This document shows, piece after piece, positions 58,674-64,000 of a DNA stretch of 64,000 bases (its first letter is position 1; every line of letters starts with the position of its first letter). This stretch comes from Macrostomum hystrix. Taxonomy: Eukaryota; Animalia; Platyhelminthes. A program made the translations under genes and the position numbers. Where the stretch lies: assembly GCA_950097015.1 (NCBI GenBank), contig CATNEN010000039.1:5022001-5086000 (forward strand). The letters run 5' to 3'. The notes under the pieces are model-generated. The model had not been told where the DNA came from. It did not search any database and saw only the letters and a list, made by a program, of their open reading frames with translations.

Positions 58674-59153
58674 GAAGTTGATTGACATACGGGTAATTAG
58701 CTCAGATTTTTAATTATCTCAGAATAGCAAATAATTACTCAAATCTGCGTGAATTCTAAGAAGTTAATAATCCATTCAGTTTGATGCTAATTGGTAAAGA
58801 CACTGGCATGCAAATTGTGATTATTTTGCCAAATCCAATCTATCATTTTTATCATGTTTCGGTGTGGCCTTGCTTTGTTTGGCTTTGATTATTAGCATTA
58901 TGCAAAGGTCATCCCAAAGATGTGTTTTATAGAATTCTTTCTGTTAGCATTCTATCGGCCAGATGAATGAACAAAAGCAAGACAATGTTTTAATATAAAT
59001 TAAGCAACTTCAAATAGTCAAGTTAACAAAGCATCATATATCATTTTTCGAGTTTTTTTACTTTTTTTCAGCAGTTATAACAAAAATAAGTAGAAAACTA
59101 TGAGACAGGCTAAAACAGAAAACTTTTTAACTAAGCCTAATAAACCCAAGTTC

Positions 59154-59562
59154 AGAATGACTCATCTAAGGCTAGAATGACTCATCTAAGGCTAGAATGA
59201 CTCATCTTAGGCTTGAATGACTCATCTAAGGCCAGAATGACTCATCTAAGGCCAGAATGACTCATCTAAGGTTTGAATGACTCATCTAAGGCTAGAATGA
59301 CTCATCTAAGGCTAGAATGACTCATCTAAGGCTAGAATGACTCATCTAAGGCTAGAATGACTCATCTTAGGCTTGAATGACTCATCTAAGGCCAGAATGA
59401 CTCATCTAAGGCCAGAATGACTCATCTAAGGTTTGAATGACTCATCTAAGGCCAGAATGACTCATCTAAGGCTAGAATGACTCATCTAAGGCTAGAATGA
59501 CTCATCTAAGGCTTGAATGGCTCATCTAAGGCTTGAATGACTCATCTAAGGCTAGAATGACC
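59154..59562. repeat. 20-bp minisatellite AGAATGACTCATCTAAGGCT (~20 copies)
   Basis: Tandem array with a 160-bp higher-order period. Confidence 0.97.
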
Positions 59563-59667
59563 CATAATCCCAAGGCCGACCCCAAAATGAATTGCAACTC
59601 GCGAGTCCCTAGTCTTTAGAAGCATGCAGTTATCCTACTGTCAAACAGCTGTCAGTCAGAATCAGCC

Positions 59668-61795
59668 TCAGTGCTTGCTGGGGGCGCACAGTCCCAGTCC
59701 GGCTGCTCCTAGGCGGTGGCTCTGCTCCGCTCGCCAGGCGGCCACCGCGGCGCGCCGAGCCCGCTCGGAGCGGAACGTGTCCAGCTGCGGCTTGGCGGCT
59801 TCCTCGAATCTGGCCAATCGCCACGGCTTCGGCAGCTGCTGCTGGGCGAGTGTCGGATGGCTGAGATCGATGGGCAGCAGGCGCTGACGAAGCATCGCCG
59901 CCCGGGTCATGGTAGGCTGCGTGAAGTCCGGCTGAAAAAAAGTTGATTTTAGGTCGAAATTGCACAGTCGAAAAAGCACACGCAGTTCGTCTACTTAAAG
60001 TAATCTAGAAAGCATTTTATAAAAATTGCACATTATACAAATATAATTATTCATGTCGTGTCAGATGCACAGTCAGGACTTTTAGTTAAATTGGGCGCCA
60101 TCAACGGGAGTTAAATTGGGCGCCATCAACGGGAGTTGAATTGGGCGCCATCAACGGGAGTTGAATTGGGCGCCATCAACGGGAGTTGAATTGGGCGCCA
60201 TCAACGGGAGTTAAATTGGGCGCCATCAACGGGAGTTAAATTGGGCGCCATCAACGGGAGTTAAATTGGGCGCCATCAACGGGAGTTAAATTGGGCGCCA
60301 TCAACGGGAGTTGAATTGGGCGCCATCAACGGAAGTTAAATTGGGCGCCATCAACAGGAGCTGAATTGGGCGACATCAACGGGAGTTAAATTGGGCGCCA
60401 TCAATGGGGGTTTAATTATGCGCCATCAGCAGCCCCTTTCCACCCCCACCTTGGCTACGCTCGTCACGACCGGCGTGAGACTTTGAACAAAGAAAACTAA
60501 ATCTCTAGAGTGTGGACAGCAAATATGTGAATGTAACCAACTCGAATGTGATTAGTTATTTGTGAAACAGTACAATAACATACTAATCGCAGAAACTCAT
60601 AAAGCCACGATCTGAAAATCAATAAATTTACTGCGAGACTTGCAAAACCAGTTATGAGGCTTTTTTCTCAAAGACCAATGAGACCAATGCACAGTGAGAT
60701 GGTAAACTGCCTGCCTGGGTCAGGGCAGAAGTACACGCCTGTGTGAGCGCGTGTTAAGGGGTCCCACGAATGTATAAAATTGCACCAATGTCGCCAAATG
60801 ATGCGCCAATGCCAACTGCCCCGCTGCAAATAAGAACAACAAGAATATCATGTTTCTTTTTATTACCTTAATAGCGGAGACGGCAGATTTCACGCCGTGT
60901 CGATCGAAGCGGCTCTGTTGAAACTCGGCGAAATACCGGTTGGACAGCAGCTCGTGTAGAGGATCTCCAGCCCTTTTAATTGAAATCGCGCGAAATAGTT
61001 TCGCTGCTTTCCTACGGGTTTCCTATAAACCTTTCAATTCTTGGACTTTAACTTTTCAGTTTACACCAATAGGTCGTGAGTTCGAATCTCAGGACAACGG
61101 AAGCTATTCGTATCCCTGAACGAGGAGGGGGGCAGTGGGAGAGCGGTCTAACGCGTTTGCCTCTCGCACCAATGTCTCAGAGCTCGATTCCGCGAGGCCA
61201 TATTGATTTGGGGCGTGGCCGCGGAGAGAAGGCTTTGGGGGCTTGTCGTGCGATTTACGCCCTTAAACTCCAACCTCCAAGGCATAGTGAGAGTGTACAC
61301 TGCCTGACGATATGAAAGTCGTAGTAAATCTTAGTTTCTTAGTAAATTCCTACTCACTGTGTCTTGATCCCATAAGTCATGGGCGCTGGCAGTTGTCTCT
61401 GCGCCCGCTGCTGGAAATTGCCTTCGTCGGCGACTGAAGAGGCGGACTCTCCTTTGCTAGCGGTCGATGGCGGAGCCAGCCCGTCACAGCCGCCGTCTTT
61501 TAGCGCCCTGAAGTCGCTGGACTGCCGCAGCGAGGCGTAGCCGAGTCGGGCCGCCTCTCGGTTGATTGACAGATAGTTGCGCTGCAGCCGCTGCTTGGGT
61601 CGCTTCAGCAACGATTGGTAGCTACTAGCAACCGCAGAGGACGGGCCGCACTGCTGCTGTTGCTGCGACTCTGATTTATAAATGGATGCTACAAATTAAA
61701 CTTTTGTTGATTGTCTACTAAAAAACTGTGCTAAACTGACCACATTGATTGTCGCTGCAGGCACCGCCGGATCCTTCGTAACCGTTGCAGCTAGC
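59668..61795 (-). CDS. CFAP77: Cilia- and flagella-associated protein 77-like (DUF4483); 5' end uncertain
   Basis: Exons 61795-61741, 61670-61358, 60972-60867 and 59931-59668, phase-consistent. Motifs RNYLSINREAARLG, LPAPMTYGIKT, PLHELLSNRY and WRLARFEEAAKPQLDTFRSERARRAAVAAWRAE...LG match the recalled CFAP77 pattern (RNYIAMNRGAVKAG, PPNMTFGI, PFFDLLQHRY, WHMPHF...HLDTF). Confidence 0.78.
60084..60428. repeat. 25-bp intronic minisatellite AGTTAAATTGGGCGCCATCAACGGG
   Basis: About 13 copies in the last CFAP77-like intron. Confidence 0.97.
60685..60832 (+). mobile_element. Degenerate SINE family A 3' half
   Basis: GTCAGGGCAGAAGTACACGCCTGTGTGAGCG...TGTCGCCAAATGATGCGCCAATGCC. Confidence 0.6.
61127..61320 (+). 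mobile_element. SINE family A 5' half
   Basis: GAGCGGTCTAACGCGTTTGCCTCTCGCACC...GCTCGATTCC...CTGCCTGACGATATGAAAGTC. Confidence 0.85.
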
Positions 61796-63297
61796 CTGAA
61801 AAGATGTTATAAATATATAAAAGTGCTAAAAAAGTTGTATCAGTATATAAAAAAAACTTTCTTTACGGCTTTGTTTATCATACATTAAAACATTTATGAC
61901 ATCCTCTGAGATTTATTTCATAATGGGAAACTCTGAAAATGTTAAAAAAACATGTGATCTGTTACACAATACACAATTAAATACTTTATATAATATTCTA
62001 TAATTATATAATTAATCTAGAGATGTATAGAATTCCCAAATATTTCTATAAATAAATATCATAACAACTCGTTAATCGAATTGTATAACTATAGCATGAT
62101 TTTTCTTTTAATTATAAACAAAATCTTACAAAAACAGAAGGGTTTATAAACATTCTAACAAAATCCTGTCTAATCCTGTCGAAATAAATGCTTCTTACTA
62201 AACTTTATAATACAAACATTCAACATTCCAACATCCAATATTCCAAATTCACAAATTCAAGCAGGCATTCAAGTATGTCAGTTGCAAAGTTAAAAAGAAA
62301 CACGTACACAAATAAGAAAAATAGACAAATAAGAAATTGCTGTGTCAATATTAGTGTTTCTACGTTTTATTAACAAATTCTAAACACAATGTAAGCTGAG
62401 AAATCTTATTTAAACTCACAAATATATCAATTTCCCGTTCTTATGCTTTATGCATCAATATATAAATTCTATGCGATCTAAACTGACAATGGCATATAAA
62501 AATTTTCGATGATCAAGAAAATATACAAAACATATGGTTGCCCTTTACTGAAATCAATGTATGAAAATTTTGTCCGAAATATAATTAAGCTTAATTATTT
62601 TTTGGAATTTAGCGAATAAAATGGCTTAGAAATTATAGTCATAATTAGCATAATTTTATGCCCCTTCAGAAGTTAAATTAGCATAGCGACAAGCAAGCCG
62701 ATGTACAGTTTTTGTTTTTAATTTATTGGTTTTTATTTTAGTTTTATAGTAAAATTTAACTATTTTAAGCTATCATGTACGGAACATATGTCTAAAAGGC
62801 CTTAAATTGTTATAATATTTGTTAATCTACAAACGTTCCTTAAGCCGCAAGAAGATCGTCACTTACACATTAACGGAAGGCCAGTGCTGCATAGAAACAT
62901 ATTGGTCCTGTAAACGATTCCAGTGCTTCTGTAACTCGTATGCTTAATATCGGTCATTCATAAGTTTTTTTTAAGATAATTTACTTGCAAGAAGTACGAA
63001 TGGTTGTTTACTCTAACAATTACAATTTCTTCTCAGTTCAAAACCACACTACCATTTCGCATAAACTATATACGTGCGTCTCTTTTTTTCAGTGGCAAAA
63101 TTATTATCCAACAAAAGCTGTACCTGATTAAGCAATCATATTTGTTTTATTAATGGGCGAAGAGAGATGTTTCGCACAGTCGCCAGTAGGAATTAATCTG
63201 TCATATTTTAATTTTATAACGCTTTTTATTAAACTACGAACACGTAGATTGAATTATAAATAAATTGCAGCAATTGCGCGTCGCTTTGAAAGAGTCT

Positions 63298-63510
63298 TTA
63301 TAACAAAAGGACACTAATTGTGTCTCCCCTTTGTTGAGATTCAAACTGATCCTGCCCTCTTAATCCAAAGTCCCTCGCTGAATAATCACTGTTGTCTTCA
63401 ATTAACTTCCCTTCATCAGCACGAAAAAATATAGTTGAAATGCATATACGCTCGTATATGCCAGCTCTTCTTTCTTTATTTAATCCCGCAAGTTGGTTAA
63501 GTCTAAACAC
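63298..63510 (-). CDS. Possible upstream exon of the CFAP77-like gene
   Basis: KERRAGIY...RADEGKL...DFGL loosely resembles the CFAP77 N-terminal block (ERLGVV...KAELGK...NYGL); no convincing donor joining it to 61795 was found. Confidence 0.25.
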   Translation of the reverse strand: MFRLNQLAGLNKERRAGIYERICISTIFFRADEGKLIEDNSDYSARDFGLRGQDQFESQQRGDTISVLLL

Positions 63511-64000
63511 CTTACAAGGCCTACTTTATCATCTCCAAAAAACGTGGTTGTCTGAGAAAGAGAAAGAAGCAGGTTGTCAGCTGTTCATCAGTTGAACAGC
63601 TTGCACTTAGTTGAAGGAATTCTTGTTTCCTGGAATAAACAATACATTTTTGCAAGTCACGGGCCACTAATTCTTGTTCTATAGGAAGGAAGCTAGCAAC
63701 CGGTGGGTTTAAAGCCAATCCCATCATGTAATCGACCAGCGCCAACCAATAGGAAAGTTTCTAGCATTAGATATTTTGTATCCTATAGAAGAACTTTATA
63801 TCTTGAAGTCAGTTACGCGTGTCTATGAAGTCTCGTCTAGATAATTCGACAAAAAATAGCTTTTTTGCCTGTTGCGCAGCACACGCCACACAAGTGCTCC
63901 CTATGAATTTGTTTCTAGCTTTTAATCTGCTTCTATATCTGGCTTCTATGCCTGAGAATGTGGCCTGTTTGTTAAATGGTGAGTTTAATTTTAGTGCCTT

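Noticed and set aside
60685-61320. Two SINE-A halves as one element split by a CFAP77 exon
   Set aside because: The 3' half lies upstream of the 5' half on the same strand and their divergence differs, so they are separate insertions.

Overview
Eukaryotic (metazoan) genomic DNA with GC-rich exons, AT-rich introns and intergenic DNA, about a quarter of the window in minisatellite arrays and many tRNA-derived SINEs. This architecture is most consistent with a free-living flatworm such as Macrostomum (inference from composition only). Eight protein-coding genes can be modelled with phase-consistent GT-AG splicing. Six consecutive genes lie on the minus strand: an orphan single-pass membrane protein, SUGP1, MRPL10, KANK, a WD40-SOCS box (WSB-like) gene and a divergent DEG/ENaC channel that runs off the left edge. 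A second, apparently intronless DEG/ENaC lies on the plus strand and a CFAP77-like gene on the minus strand. There are two SINE families: a highly structured family A and a CORE-like family B, including A::B chimeras. One SINE-A copy is interrupted by two different TIR elements, and there is a foldback-like pair of inverted minisatellite arrays. The most notable observations are: (1) three extra, phase-compatible exons that would give KANK a C-terminal transmembrane anchor; (2) an MRPL10 first exon with no ATG whose splice acceptors are all in frame, fitting a start codon donated by a flatworm spliced leader within an operon-like gene run; (3) a recurring SINE-A::CORE-SINE junction; (4) minisatellites built from repeated transcription-factor or splice-site motifs. 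Most long ORFs in the supplied track are translations of tandem repeats and are not genes.
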